From IMG/VR virus record IMGVR_UViG_3300033067_000531: 45,158 nucleotides of DNA. One strand, given 5' to 3'. The position numbers and the translations under genes are program-made. Positions 1 through 9,054 of the stretch are shown piece after piece. The first letter of the stretch is position 1; the number at the start of each line of letters is the position of its first letter. The DNA comes from a virus (taxonomy: Duplodnaviria > Heunggongvirae > Uroviricota > Caudoviricetes). The notes beneath the pieces were generated by a model that was not told the origin of the DNA, made no database searches, and worked only from the letters and a program-made list of their open reading frames with translations.

Positions 1-188
1 GCAGGGAATGACTTGACTGGAATACCATGTAGTTCTGCCCATTGTTTACCAAGAGCGTCAGCACCCTTGGCTTCGCCACAAACAACCTCATCTATACCAA
101 TCCAAGGCGGTAGCGTAGCCATGTACCCTTGGAGATAAGTGAAGTCATTGAAGTCTCTGGAACCGGCAATGATTACTTTACTGGTCAT
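1..188 (-). CDS. SLOG/YspA-like (DUF2493-type) protein, truncated at window edge
   Basis: Hand translation MTSKVIIAGSRDFNDF...VVCGEAKGADALGKQWA; GSR and GxAxGAD motifs of YspA-like SLOG proteins. Confidence 0.7.
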   Translation of the reverse strand, partial: MTSKVIIAGSRDFNDFTYLQGYMATLPPWIGIDEVVCGEAKGADALGKQWAELHGIPVKSFP

Positions 189-417
189 GTTGTAATAGTG
201 TTCTGCTGTCGATTTCCCAGAATAGTTCTACGGCTTTACGGACATAATCTGAGTTGATATACTGACCTAGTATCTTTTCTTCGTTATTGAGAAGGTAGAC
301 TTTGCCACCCCAGATACCAGTTGAGTTACCAATCTTGTATACGGAACCAATAATCTTTCCATCTTGGTCGTCAAAGTATACCCACTGACCAAATTCTTTT
401 TCCGTCCATCGCTTCAT
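178..417 (-). CDS. hypothetical protein
   Basis: 79 aa ORF overlapping both neighbours in a minus-strand run. Confidence 0.7.
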   Translation of the reverse strand: MKRWTEKEFGQWVYFDDQDGKIIGSVYKIGNSTGIWGGKVYLLNNEEKILGQYINSDYVRKAVELFWEIDSRTLLQHDQ

Positions 418-698
418 AAAAGTTTACTTCCGGTTGTTTGTGCGTTGCATGTTACTTTGTATGGTGTACCATAGAAATATGGTTGATTAGGCCAAGATGG
501 TTGTGTCTCCCATGGATATGGTGACCTTGGAACAACTGGGTCTGCTGGACGTGTCATTTTGGCCAGATTGTAATCCATCTGAAGGTCACAGATATAGTGG
601 TCTAGGAGTTGGGCATAGATTTCCAATGTGAGTTGGTCGGTACCATCTGGTATATGTTGGTAAATCATTGCGTTAGTTAGATGTGAAAAATCGTTCAT
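414..698 (-). CDS. hypothetical protein
   Basis: 94 aa ORF with 4-nt overlaps at both ends. Confidence 0.65.
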   Translation of the reverse strand: MNDFSHLTNAMIYQHIPDGTDQLTLEIYAQLLDHYICDLQMDYNLAKMTRPADPVVPRSPYPWETQPSWPNQPYFYGTPYKVTCNAQTTGSKLL

Positions 699-1018
699 AG
701 TTCGCCTCGTTCTTTGCGTAAAAGATATAGTGCCTTATTATATACCCAACTGTCTCTGTGTGGCAAGTGGTTGCCTGTGGCACCGTCCCAGTCCTGGAAA
801 TGCTTGTCGTAGAAACCGATATTGAGGTATTGTGGGTTTTCTTTCTGGAGTTTTTCTAACTCGTCTGCCCATTCTTGCCACTTATGGTCACTCACGATAT
901 TGTCGTTGAGCTCATAGTAGATACAGGAATGTATCAGCATTTGGGCTCTGCGTTGTTTTATCTTTTCGGCAACTGTCTGTATTTCTACGGGTTGCTCAAA
1001 AAATGATTCGAGACTCAT
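695..1018 (-). CDS. stand-alone protein resembling subdomain Ia of NAD+-dependent DNA ligase
   Basis: HSCIYYELNDNIVSDHKWQEWADELEKLQKENP resembles the LigA Ia pattern H..YY..D.P..SD..YD....EL..LE...P. Confidence 0.6.
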   Translation of the reverse strand: MSLESFFEQPVEIQTVAEKIKQRRAQMLIHSCIYYELNDNIVSDHKWQEWADELEKLQKENPQYLNIGFYDKHFQDWDGATGNHLPHRDSWVYNKALYLLRKERGEL

Positions 1019-1200
1019 TTAAGTTCTGCTCTTAGGTAGAAATAGAAAGCCACTGCGGCCACATAAAGAAGTACTTGGACCCACAGAGATTTCTGGTTGC
1101 CCCATGTGGACATACTCATTAGAGTATAGAGCATTCCCAGTATGAAACTGAAAAGGTTTAGGTTCCACAGAGAAATGGCAAAAAATGAATGTAGGTCCAC
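1015..1200 (-). CDS. small membrane protein
   Basis: 61 aa, two hydrophobic segments. Confidence 0.55.
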   Translation of the reverse strand: MDLHSFFAISLWNLNLFSFILGMLYTLMSMSTWGNQKSLWVQVLLYVAAVAFYFYLRAELK

Positions 1201-1226
1201 GGAAGCTCCGGAAGCGCTGGAAAAAA

Positions 1227-1391
1227 TTAAGAGGACTTAGTGGAAGTATTAACCATGAAAAACATGAAGCCAACGTATGTCCACGGAGTCCAATCGTATT
1301 GTACTATAAGAAAGGTGGCCAAGGCAACGATAGCAAGATTATAGAGCAATCCCATTCCTGCAAGTACGGCCTGTGTTTTAGTTATTTCCAT
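1227..1391 (-). CDS. small membrane protein (54 aa, not in ORF track)
   Basis: Hand translation MEITKTQAVLAGMGLLYNLAIVALATFLIVQYDWTPWTYVGFMFFMVNTSTKSS. Confidence 0.5.
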   Translation of the reverse strand: MEITKTQAVLAGMGLLYNLAIVALATFLIVQYDWTPWTYVGFMFFMVNTSTKSS

Positions 1392-1512
1392 GGTATCTCA
1401 AATATAATTTAACGAGGTAGGCAAATTGACGAGGTTCGTGGTCTGGGTCCGGAAGGTCACCATAGATTTCCTGCATCTTTGCATAATGTTCTAAGATTTC
1501 CTTATCGCTCAT
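1378..1512 (-). CDS. hypothetical protein (44 aa, not in ORF track)
   Basis: MSDKEILEHYAKMQEIYGDLPDPDHEPRQFAYLVKLY...; start overlaps the stop of the upstream MazG-like gene. Confidence 0.55.
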   Translation of the reverse strand: MSDKEILEHYAKMQEIYGDLPDPDHEPRQFAYLVKLYLRYHGNN

Positions 1513-1802
1513 CATAAACCCTTAATGGAAGACCAAACCTTCAATTTTTCTTTTTTCTTTTGTCGTGCTTCGTTGACGGCACTATCTGAGATTATACACT
1601 TCTCAATCATAATGTCAACCATAGCAAGCAGGTCACCAATTTCTTCCTCTAGGTGTTCCTTGTTATTGACACCGGTCTTGGGATGTTTAGATTCCCAACC
1701 GAAACGGAAGATTTTGGAGACTGCTTGAGAAACCTCTGCACACTCTTCCTGGGTGATACAGAGGATTTCTTTGATTTCATTATCCATTAGAGATATGCTC
1801 AT
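1512..1802 (-). CDS. MazG-like NTP pyrophosphohydrolase
   Basis: EECAEV...LEEEIGDLL acidic motifs of all-alpha NTP-PPases. Confidence 0.8.
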   Translation of the reverse strand: MSISLMDNEIKEILCITQEECAEVSQAVSKIFRFGWESKHPKTGVNNKEHLEEEIGDLLAMVDIMIEKCIISDSAVNEARQKKKEKLKVWSSIKGL

Positions 1803-2037
1803 TCAATAATGTAGGGGCTGAACCAGAACCACCACGGACAAAATCTTCTGCCAAGTTCTCGGCATCATCTTCAGCACGAACAGTAGTTCTTTGGATTGGT
1901 TTCCCTTGAATGTACATCGCAACTTCATATACATCAAATTCACGGGACCATTCACTTCTCTTTAAACGGGTGACGGTGGCCTTACGGTCACCTTCATAAT
2001 ATTCAGAATATATTTCCATTTTAATTTCCTTATGCAA
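1780..2037 (-). CDS. hypothetical protein
   Basis: 85 aa ORF in operon. Confidence 0.65.
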   Translation of the reverse strand: MHKEIKMEIYSEYYEGDRKATVTRLKRSEWSREFDVYEVAMYIQGKPIQRTTVRAEDDAENLAEDFVRGGSGSAPTLLNEHISNG

Positions 2038-4207
2038 TCAATTTAATAAAACGATTCAGAATCACACGACTGGAGATTTTACTCTCGGTGTATTTCGTGA
2101 ATGCTGTAACCATACCACGTGTGGTGGCATTCTCTTTGAAAGTCAGTTCTTCTTCATCATCAGTATCTAGGGCATTTCCACGTAGAATGTAGTAATCATC
2201 AAAACCAGTGGAAGTCACAACAACAGAATTGTCCTTTCGGAATTTCTCCTTCACGTTTTCAGCAAACGGTATACGGTCTTGAATCTCCAGACCAACATAT
2301 TCAGGAAAGAAATAACCCATACGATATGAGATATCTTTGGTGTCACCAACAAAGAAACCAATAACGTGTGAGTTTGTACGTTGTTTCAACAAACGAACAA
2401 AACAATCGGTCTGTTGCATACCGTAACTACCAGCACGTTCAAAGACTTCTTCACAACGGGTCACAGGATCACGAATAACCATGTGACTGTAATTCTCACT
2501 CTTTGAATAACCCATGGAATCATAACTACTTTGCAACATGCAACCTTCACCATCGGTCAGGAATACGGTGTTGACAATCTGTAAACGGTTACGTTTCTGG
2601 AATTGAGGTACAATCTCGAATGCCGAAATAACAGCCTCATTCAAAGGAGTACCACTCAAGGCCATGAAACGTGGAATCTCACATTGCCATGTACGTTTAC
2701 CTTCAGCACCACCCATCTTCATCAAACAACTGGCTGCATAGGTGAATTCACTTGCAGACATTCGGTTGGAAAGCAAGTTAATCAAACCAAATTCTTTCAT
2801 GGCCACATCACCAGTTTTATATTGTGGTTTATACATGAAACTGTGTTCGGTCGATTCAGCAAAAGCATATACCTCAAAAGGAATATTAACCTTCTTACAG
2901 AACATGACAAGGTTCAACAATTGCTTGATTGTGTTCAGTAAGTGTTTAATCATAGAACCTGACCAGTCAACATACATGACTAGACCATGGGATTTACCTT
3001 GTGGTACAACCGTAATCTTTTTGAAGATATCTTCTGTCAATGTATATGAGTACAAACGATTCATATTCAAGTCACCGGTCTTTGCCGTAGATGCACGTTT
3101 CATTTGGTCAGCGTTCTTACGCAGCTCAAATTCTTTAACCAGATAGGAAACTACCTTGTTTGATTCTTTGCGATACTCATTAAAGAATTTTGGATTTGCG
3201 GTAAACCCAGTGGCACGCAAAAGTCTGAACATATCCTTGTAATCCATGATTTTGGATGTGTTAAACTTTGGCACATTCACGTAAGTATACTTTTCCTTAC
3301 CGTCCGAGAATAATTTATTCTCGTTTCTCTTGTAAGCATCATCAGTGAATGAACGGATTTGTTCTTCCAGCTCTTCTTCACTGATATTTGAACCGGAACC
3401 AGCTTCTGTTTCTGAAGAAAAATCTTCCGAATCGCCGTCTTCTTCACCACTTGCTTGAGTGGCATCAGTTTCTTCTTCGTTTTTGTCTTGGCCTTCGCCT
3501 TTTCCTTCAGGTTCACCGAGGTCAATGTGAATTTCCTCGTCATATTCTTCAGTTTCTTCTTCGGATTTGCCGGAATTGTCATCACTGTCACCTTCTTCGC
3601 CGCCGTGGACAACAACTTTTACCTTTTTCTTGAACAAATTTGGATTTTCTCGCAATTGTTCTTTCATAAACTCACAAATTTTCTTGGTGACTTCGATTAC
3701 GTCATCAAAAGTTTGTGTATTTTCGACTTCTTCGAGTAGTTTACGTTCTTCTTCGTCAAATTTTAGTGCAAGTGATGCCCCGACTTTGCAGTGCAAGTTC
3801 AACCGGTCAATAAAATTGAATTCGTTAAGGTCTTTTCCTTCAGTTTCAAAGAAATCATCAGAATAAAGAATTTGATAAGCGTTGATGAATGGTGTTTTGA
3901 TACCAGGAAACTTGGTTTTGATGCGTCTTTCGATACGAGCATCTTCAACAACGTTCAAAACTGACATGTTGACCTTTTGGTTCTTGGCTTTCTTCATGCC
4001 TTCCAAGGGTGTCCAGATAGCATGTGCTGATTCGTGACCCATAAACAAGTCATAAACGTCTTTGGACATTTCTTTATCTAAGATAGGCACAGTCAGAACA
4101 CGATTCTTCACATCAAAACATGCGGTATCCACTTTTGCTTGACGGATAATCAAATCTTCTGCTGCCATTAACTTGGCCAAAAGTGACTTTTGTTCAAATA
4201 AACTCAT
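2030..4207 (-). CDS. CobT-like protein: N-terminal HExxH domain, acidic linker, C-terminal vWA domain
   Basis: HESAH, NVVEDARIE, D/E-rich linker, MIDAS DWSGS, GTPL, FLTDGE. Confidence 0.8.
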   Translation of the reverse strand: MSLFEQKSLLAKLMAAEDLIIRQAKVDTACFDVKNRVLTVPILDKEMSKDVYDLFMGHESAHAIWTPLEGMKKAKNQKVNMSVLNVVEDARIERRIKTKFPGIKTPFINAYQILYSDDFFETEGKDLNEFNFIDRLNLHCKVGASLALKFDEEERKLLEEVENTQTFDDVIEVTKKICEFMKEQLRENPNLFKKKVKVVVHGGEEGDSDDNSGKSEEETEEYDEEIHIDLGEPEGKGEGQDKNEEETDATQASGEEDGDSEDFSSETEAGSGSNISEEELEEQIRSFTDDAYKRNENKLFSDGKEKYTYVNVPKFNTSKIMDYKDMFRLLRATGFTANPKFFNEYRKESNKVVSYLVKEFELRKNADQMKRASTAKTGDLNMNRLYSYTLTEDIFKKITVVPQGKSHGLVMYVDWSGSMIKHLLNTIKQLLNLVMFCKKVNIPFEVYAFAESTEHSFMYKPQYKTGDVAMKEFGLINLLSNRMSASEFTYAASCLMKMGGAEGKRTWQCEIPRFMALSGTPLNEAVISAFEIVPQFQKRNRLQIVNTVFLTDGEGCMLQSSYDSMGYSKSENYSHMVIRDPVTRCEEVFERAGSYGMQQTDCFVRLLKQRTNSHVIGFFVGDTKDISYRMGYFFPEYVGLEIQDRIPFAENVKEKFRKDNSVVVTSTGFDDYYILRGNALDTDDEEELTFKENATTRGMVTAFTKYTESKISSRVILNRFIKLIA

Positions 4208-4413
4208 TATTTCTTCTCTGTAATAACCAACACGTTACCGTTTTCTGTTTCCCGCACTTCTAAATTGAGTACGGTGCCTTCTTTCCAACCAGTTTCAACA
4301 ATTACTTCATCCGGAAACTGTAAAATGCAGTCTCCGGTGCCGTCATTCGTCTCCAGAATGTCCGCTTTGTACACTTTCTCGCAATTTGTCATAATTTTCT
4401 TGGTCTTTTTCAA
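4207..4413 (-). CDS. AbrB/MazE-like small DNA-binding protein (start may be 4392)
   Basis: GDCILQFPDEVIVETGWKEGTVLNLEV fits the swapped-hairpin pattern. Confidence 0.6.
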   Translation of the reverse strand: MKKTKKIMTNCEKVYKADILETNDGTGDCILQFPDEVIVETGWKEGTVLNLEVRETENGNVLVITEKK

Positions 4414-4602
4414 ATCCGGACATGACTGCCCAACGTTGTGTTACTTCCCAGACTGGTTTCCAGTCAAGATTCATAGATTTTTGCTCTGTGTTTTGGTTTT
4501 CGTTCATATTTTACCTCATTTTTATGTTTTATGACAGGCTTAATAGGTGTACGACACACAGGACGTTGTAAATGTACAACGAATGATAACTTCTTACTCA
4601 TT

Positions 4603-4935
4603 TTATCGCCTCATGCTTGAAATTTCTACAGCTTCCTGACTGTTAAACACAGGTACAGCATTTGATTTGTGAAGGGTAGCAATACCCATGACTTTTGTGC
4701 CAGTGTAAACTTTAGGTTGCGCTTTGGTAGCACTGCCGCCAACAGTGTTTAAAGATGGAATGTGTGGAGTTTCACGGACGTAAGACTTGGTCGGTTGCCA
4801 AGTGACGGCCTTGTACTTTACCGATTTCTTGGGTTCGTACTTTTTGACAATCGCATCCCATTCCGCAGCCAATTGCCTTTGCGCAGCATTTGGCTTGCGT
4901 GGTTTGCTTTTACGTGTATGTGTATGAATAATCAT
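4603..4935 (-). CDS. basic hypothetical protein, probably early-expressed
   Basis: 110 aa, GGAG RBS, directly downstream of a sigma70 promoter. Confidence 0.75.
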   Translation of the reverse strand: MIIHTHTRKSKPRKPNAAQRQLAAEWDAIVKKYEPKKSVKYKAVTWQPTKSYVRETPHIPSLNTVGGSATKAQPKVYTGTKVMGIATLHKSNAVPVFNSQEAVEISSMRR

Positions 4936-4959
4936 ATAAACTCCAACAGAATATAACGT

Positions 4960-5012
4960 ATTATATCATGTTAGAATTCAAATGGCAACATCAGTGTTGC
5001 AAATTCACAACA
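4960..5012 (-). promoter_or_regulatory. sigma70-type promoter with upstream palindrome
   Basis: Minus strand TTGCCA-N17-TATAAT with TGn extension (4960-4988); palindrome TGTTGCA-aatt-CACAACA at 4995-5012. Confidence 0.8.
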
Positions 5013-5014
5013 CT

Positions 5015-5194
5015 TTAGTAGGATTTAAATTTTGGTGACCTAGGAACGTATTGTGAATGAGATTCGAACTCATCGTAATACTTTGGTTTGCGTTGTTTGT
5101 CTTTACGCTTTTTCTTTTGGTTATATTCCTCATCGGAATAGTAATTGTCATCGTCATAGTTTCCTTTACGAAACTTTTTCACGAGTTTTGACAT
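5015..5194 (-). CDS. small charged hypothetical protein (59 aa)
   Basis: MSKLVKKFRKGNYDDDNYY...; AGGAG RBS. Confidence 0.6.
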   Translation of the reverse strand: MSKLVKKFRKGNYDDDNYYSDEEYNQKKKRKDKQRKPKYYDEFESHSQYVPRSPKFKSY

Positions 5195-5201
5195 ATTTCT
5201 C

Positions 5202-5573
5202 CTAACTTATTACCTCAAAATTGATACCACGAATTTTCCTCTCTGGGGTATCTAGTAAATCATGCTTTGTGACAAATGTTATATCAGATTTCGGATATAT
5301 CAACTTTATCAGTTTCAACAAATTACAGTAATTGCCTTTTGAATCATCAAACCTTAGAACTTCATCCACTGGACGTAATCCTAATAAAAAGTCGTGACGC
5401 TCATCGTAATTATTGTTTATAGTATTGCATCGTAAGTATACTTGCATATCAGAATGTAGTCCAACGATTAACCAATCACCCTTGGACTTACATTTCTCTA
5501 AGAATTTCAAATCTTCACTATTCACATAATCATAATCACCTGCCGTTACTATTAATTTGTCTTTTTTTGTCAT
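5202..5573 (-). CDS. cytidylyltransferase-like protein (TagD/RfaE-II fold) with degenerate HxGH motif
   Basis: GDWLIVGLHSD, ER...L..LRPVDEV motifs present; HxGH region reads GDYDYVNSED. Confidence 0.7.
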   Translation of the reverse strand: MTKKDKLIVTAGDYDYVNSEDLKFLEKCKSKGDWLIVGLHSDMQVYLRCNTINNNYDERHDFLLGLRPVDEVLRFDDSKGNYCNLLKLIKLIYPKSDITFVTKHDLLDTPERKIRGINFEVIS

Positions 5574-5998
5574 GGTAACATTTGTGGAAATGCCTCTTTA
5601 ACAAACTTATAATCTAAACCTCTCACATGTTGGTCTTTTTGAAAAATACCCATAATAATTTCAGCTTCACGTGGTTCGAGGGAGTTTAACATCTGAAATA
5701 GTAAATCAGTACGTTTCTTTTCTGTCAGTTTCTCTGCCGTTGGATCACCTTCACGGAAAATGTATAACTTTCTCAATTGGTGATGTAAACTATCGAAAGT
5801 AATTCCTGGTAGAACGTCATTTGGAATACGATAGTTGTCCGGCAACTCTTTCACTTTCCACTGAAAGTCCGGATGAAAGGTTAGTTTCAATACATCAACT
5901 AATGTTTGAGATAGATTCGAACCAATGACATTCATTCGTTCGGTTTTGTTTGTTGCTTTTTCAAATTCATCAAAAACTTCATAAAGTGGTTTCATCAA
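5570..5998 (-). CDS. conserved T4-like phage hypothetical protein
   Basis: 142 aa ORF coupled to rnh; KRTDLLFQMLNSLEPREAE motif. Confidence 0.7.
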   Translation of the reverse strand: MMKPLYEVFDEFEKATNKTERMNVIGSNLSQTLVDVLKLTFHPDFQWKVKELPDNYRIPNDVLPGITFDSLHHQLRKLYIFREGDPTAEKLTEKKRTDLLFQMLNSLEPREAEIIMGIFQKDQHVRGLDYKFVKEAFPQMLP

Positions 5999-6858
5999 AA
6001 CTCCTCAATAACTTCCATCAAGTTCTTCAACTTTTTGGAAATAAAATAATTCAATAGCTTGCCTTTTGGTGCAGGCTTCGTTTCTTCGTAAGTATTTATG
6101 ATTGCGTTCTTAATATCCGCAGGAATCAAACGCAGGTCAATCAGTGTTTGATTGCGTGAGAAACCGGTGTTTGCCACCGTATCATAATTTGTGTAATCCT
6201 CATTCAGGTATTTCTCCATACGTCCTTCAGTCATGCGCTTCTGACGTTGACCTGTTACGAATGTGTCACCAGCAGACATGATGTTAGGAATACCATCACC
6301 AGAATCTCCGTTGATGATTTTCATCTTCAACTCTTTCAGTGGATCTTCCGACACAAGGAATTTCTTCTGTGCTGGATTGTATTGTTTAATCTTGAAACGG
6401 TTTGCTTCATTGTACTGTTGCAGTTGCAGGAAGTCACCATCACTAGAGATAATCAAAATATCTTCGTGCATGACATGACGAGGTGCTAGTGTGCCGATGA
6501 TATCATCAGCTTCTGCGCCTTCAACGTCAATAACTTTGTATGGGAAATATTCACGTAGTTCATTACGGAACTTGGCCAACATATCAAAGATAAGGTGCCA
6601 GTCCAAATCAGACTTATCACGTGCTTTTTTGCGGTGCGCTTTGTAGAAAGGAAAGAATTCCTTGCGCCAGTATTTACGGTTATCAGAACACATCACAACC
6701 TCACCATATTCCTTACGGAAGTTCTTCAAGTGTGTGCGGATAATGTTCAGTACCATATGACGAATCAAATCTTCGTCTAAGGACATTTTTGGTTTTTGGT
6801 TGGCAATCTGTGCCATAAGGCCGGCCAACAGTACTTGGTTTAGGTCAACTAAAATCAT
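5995..6858 (-). CDS. rnh: T4-type RNase H (5'-3' exonuclease, FEN family)
   Basis: MILVDLNQ, YWRKEFFPFYKAHRKKAR, EADDIIG, SSDGDFLQL, GDSGDGIPN. Confidence 0.95.
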   Translation of the reverse strand: MILVDLNQVLLAGLMAQIANQKPKMSLDEDLIRHMVLNIIRTHLKNFRKEYGEVVMCSDNRKYWRKEFFPFYKAHRKKARDKSDLDWHLIFDMLAKFRNELREYFPYKVIDVEGAEADDIIGTLAPRHVMHEDILIISSDGDFLQLQQYNEANRFKIKQYNPAQKKFLVSEDPLKELKMKIINGDSGDGIPNIMSAGDTFVTGQRQKRMTEGRMEKYLNEDYTNYDTVANTGFSRNQTLIDLRLIPADIKNAIINTYEETKPAPKGKLLNYFISKKLKNLMEVIEEF

Positions 6859-6878
6859 AATGTATCTTAAAAGTGTGT

Positions 6879-7232
6879 TTAAGTTGGATTATAACTCAAA
6901 TTAGACCAGTTGTCAAATGTGTCGTCCACGAACTTGTCGGATGTGGTGGTTTTCTTTGCCACCAAACCATAGTAGTCACTTTTGACCATACGTGATACAT
7001 AAACCCTAGGATCAACCAGAATGGCTTGGAACCTTTCCAGTTCAATCACTTCATCTTCATCACTCATACGGAAAAGGATAATGTCATAGAAGTCACCCAT
7101 TTCGGTGCCACCAATCTTTTCACCTTCTTTTTTGTATGATGCCACATTAACATTCGTTAGTGTATCATCTTCTTCATGCGGAATAAAAAAGATAGCGTCA
7201 TAGTCTTTAATATCCCTTAGTTGTTCTAACAT
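6879..7232 (-). CDS. hypothetical protein
   Basis: 117 aa ORF. Confidence 0.7.
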   Translation of the reverse strand: MLEQLRDIKDYDAIFFIPHEEDDTLTNVNVASYKKEGEKIGGTEMGDFYDIILFRMSDEDEVIELERFQAILVDPRVYVSRMVKSDYYGLVAKKTTTSDKFVDDTFDNWSNLSYNPT

Positions 7233-7639
7233 TACAGTCCTTTAATGTGTGAATCTCTTACTCTTACCATGATCCAGGTATTGTAATAGTCATCACTTTC
7301 CAATACACCTCGCACAAATTGTTCTTTGGCTTCAAGATATCCTGCGGTGCCCTTAGTTAGACACAAATGTAGGATTTCTCGTTCAAAGTTCTCTTTGCCA
7401 TGTATTGTAACATCTTTTTTTAGTTCCTCGTTGGAACCGTAGTAAGTTTGCCAGTCCGAAGAAACCTTAAACTTCTTCTTCTTGCCTTTTACTTGTTTTG
7501 TCTTAGAGCTGTAGAAAAACTTCTTACCAATATATTTCTTATTGGTTTTTAAATTGGTGATAAGATAGACGAATCCATAATTATCACCAATATCTTCTTC
7601 TGTGAAATCTTCGTTATTATATTTCCAGTTTAATCCCAT
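7232..7639 (-). CDS. GIY-YIG endonuclease, endonuclease II (DenA)-like
   Basis: GFVYLITN...KKYIGKK, WQTYYGS, FEREILHL, YYN. Confidence 0.85.
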   Translation of the reverse strand: MGLNWKYNNEDFTEEDIGDNYGFVYLITNLKTNKKYIGKKFFYSSKTKQVKGKKKKFKVSSDWQTYYGSNEELKKDVTIHGKENFEREILHLCLTKGTAGYLEAKEQFVRGVLESDDYYNTWIMVRVRDSHIKGL

Positions 7640-7815
7640 TTCAAATCATCATCCGTTAAGTCATCATCTTCTATATATTCTTCTTGAATATCTTCGATGA
7701 CTTCCCCACAAAACGGACAATGTTCTGGTAGCTCAGTTGAAACTAATTGTTCAACATAAGCTACTTCGAAACTAGATTCACAATTCAGGCACTCGCCTTG
7801 TACTAATTTGGACAT
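7630..7815 (-). CDS. small zinc-ribbon protein
   Basis: CLNC...CPFCG with acidic tail. Confidence 0.7.
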   Translation of the reverse strand: MSKLVQGECLNCESSFEVAYVEQLVSTELPEHCPFCGEVIEDIQEEYIEDDDLTDDDLKWD

Positions 7816-7825
7816 TTAAGACTCC

Positions 7826-8812
7826 TTAATGAGCCCAAACATCACCCCATGTTCCTTGTTGTGCGCCTTTTGCATAATCTGTTGCACGATTCTCAAAGAA
7901 GTTGGTATGAGTTGGAGCGTTAATCATTTCTTCAACCCATGGAAGTGGATTGCGTTTAACTTTAAAAATACCCTTCATACCAAGACCAATCAATCGGCGG
8001 TCAGCAATGTAACGAATGTACTTCTTAACATCTTCTTTTGTTAAGCCTTCCATTTCATTCAAACCAAAGGCCAAGTCAATAAACTTATCCTCTAGTTCCA
8101 CCATCTTCTCCGCAATACTATAAATGCTAGACTTCAATTCATCGTTCCAGATTTCAGGGTTTTCGTTTATATAGGTCTTAAACATTTTCATCATATTCTC
8201 GGCGTGCATCGTTTCATCAACGATAGACCAAGTAACGATTTGACCCATACCCTTCATCTTACCATGTCGAGGGAAGTTTAACAACATAATGAAAGAGGAG
8301 AACAACTGCATACCTTCAGTAAAAGCGGAGAACACAGCAATGTGGCGTGCTGTATTTTCTTTTGTACTGTTTTGACTTGCGATGTTCAACACATAATCGT
8401 GTTTATTCTTCATTTCTTCGTATTCCAAAAACTCACTGTATGTTGTTTCTGGTAAACCAAGAGTTTCAATCAAATGACTGTATGCAGCAACGTGTAATGC
8501 TTCACGAGCAGCAAAACCCAACAACATCATGCGAATTTCTGGTTGCGGAAAATATGGAAGATAGTTATTCACATAACCACCAGCCACATCAATGTCACCT
8601 TGAGTGAAGAAACGGAAGATGTGTGTTAGAAACTGTTTCTCACTTGGAGTCAACTTACGTTTCCAATCCTTTTCATCTTCCAACATTGGCACTTCTGTAT
8701 GCAGCCAATGCGACTGTTCGTGTTTCAACCATGCATCATATGCCCATGGGTAGTTGAATGGTTTAAAGTTACTGCGTTCGTCTGTAACTCTAGTATTTGT
8801 CTTTTTAGTCAT
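7826..8812 (-). CDS. nrdB: ribonucleotide reductase class I beta subunit
   Basis: FFTQGD, EALHVAAY, EGMQLFSSF, DETMH, NFFENRATDY. Confidence 0.97.
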   Translation of the reverse strand: MTKKTNTRVTDERSNFKPFNYPWAYDAWLKHEQSHWLHTEVPMLEDEKDWKRKLTPSEKQFLTHIFRFFTQGDIDVAGGYVNNYLPYFPQPEIRMMLLGFAAREALHVAAYSHLIETLGLPETTYSEFLEYEEMKNKHDYVLNIASQNSTKENTARHIAVFSAFTEGMQLFSSFIMLLNFPRHGKMKGMGQIVTWSIVDETMHAENMMKMFKTYINENPEIWNDELKSSIYSIAEKMVELEDKFIDLAFGLNEMEGLTKEDVKKYIRYIADRRLIGLGMKGIFKVKRNPLPWVEEMINAPTHTNFFENRATDYAKGAQQGTWGDVWAH

Positions 8813-9050
8813 TTAACCAGTCCTCTAGTTCTTTTAGAGACTTTGTACCACTCATGCGTTTGATTTCGTTGTTGCCATCCAACATAATCATTGTTGGCAC
8901 ACCACGAACGCCATAATCAATTGCAGTCTCTTGGTTTTCATCAATATCAATTTCTTCAATCAGTACATTACTCTTAACTGATTCAAGATTCTTAGATAAC
9001 ATCTTACATGGTTGACACCATGAAGCACTAAATTTTAAAACTCTTTTCAT
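8805..9050 (-). CDS. thioredoxin
   Basis: WCQPC active site and VPT motif; lies between nrdA and nrdB. Confidence 0.92.
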   Translation of the reverse strand: MKRVLKFSASWCQPCKMLSKNLESVKSNVLIEEIDIDENQETAIDYGVRGVPTMIMLDGNNEIKRMSGTKSLKELEDWLND

Positions 9051-9054
9051 ATTA

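Noticed and set aside
7232-7639. GIY-YIG gene as a mobile homing endonuclease
   Set aside because: It is only 135 aa with no C-terminal DNA-binding extension, which fits an endonuclease II-like enzyme better
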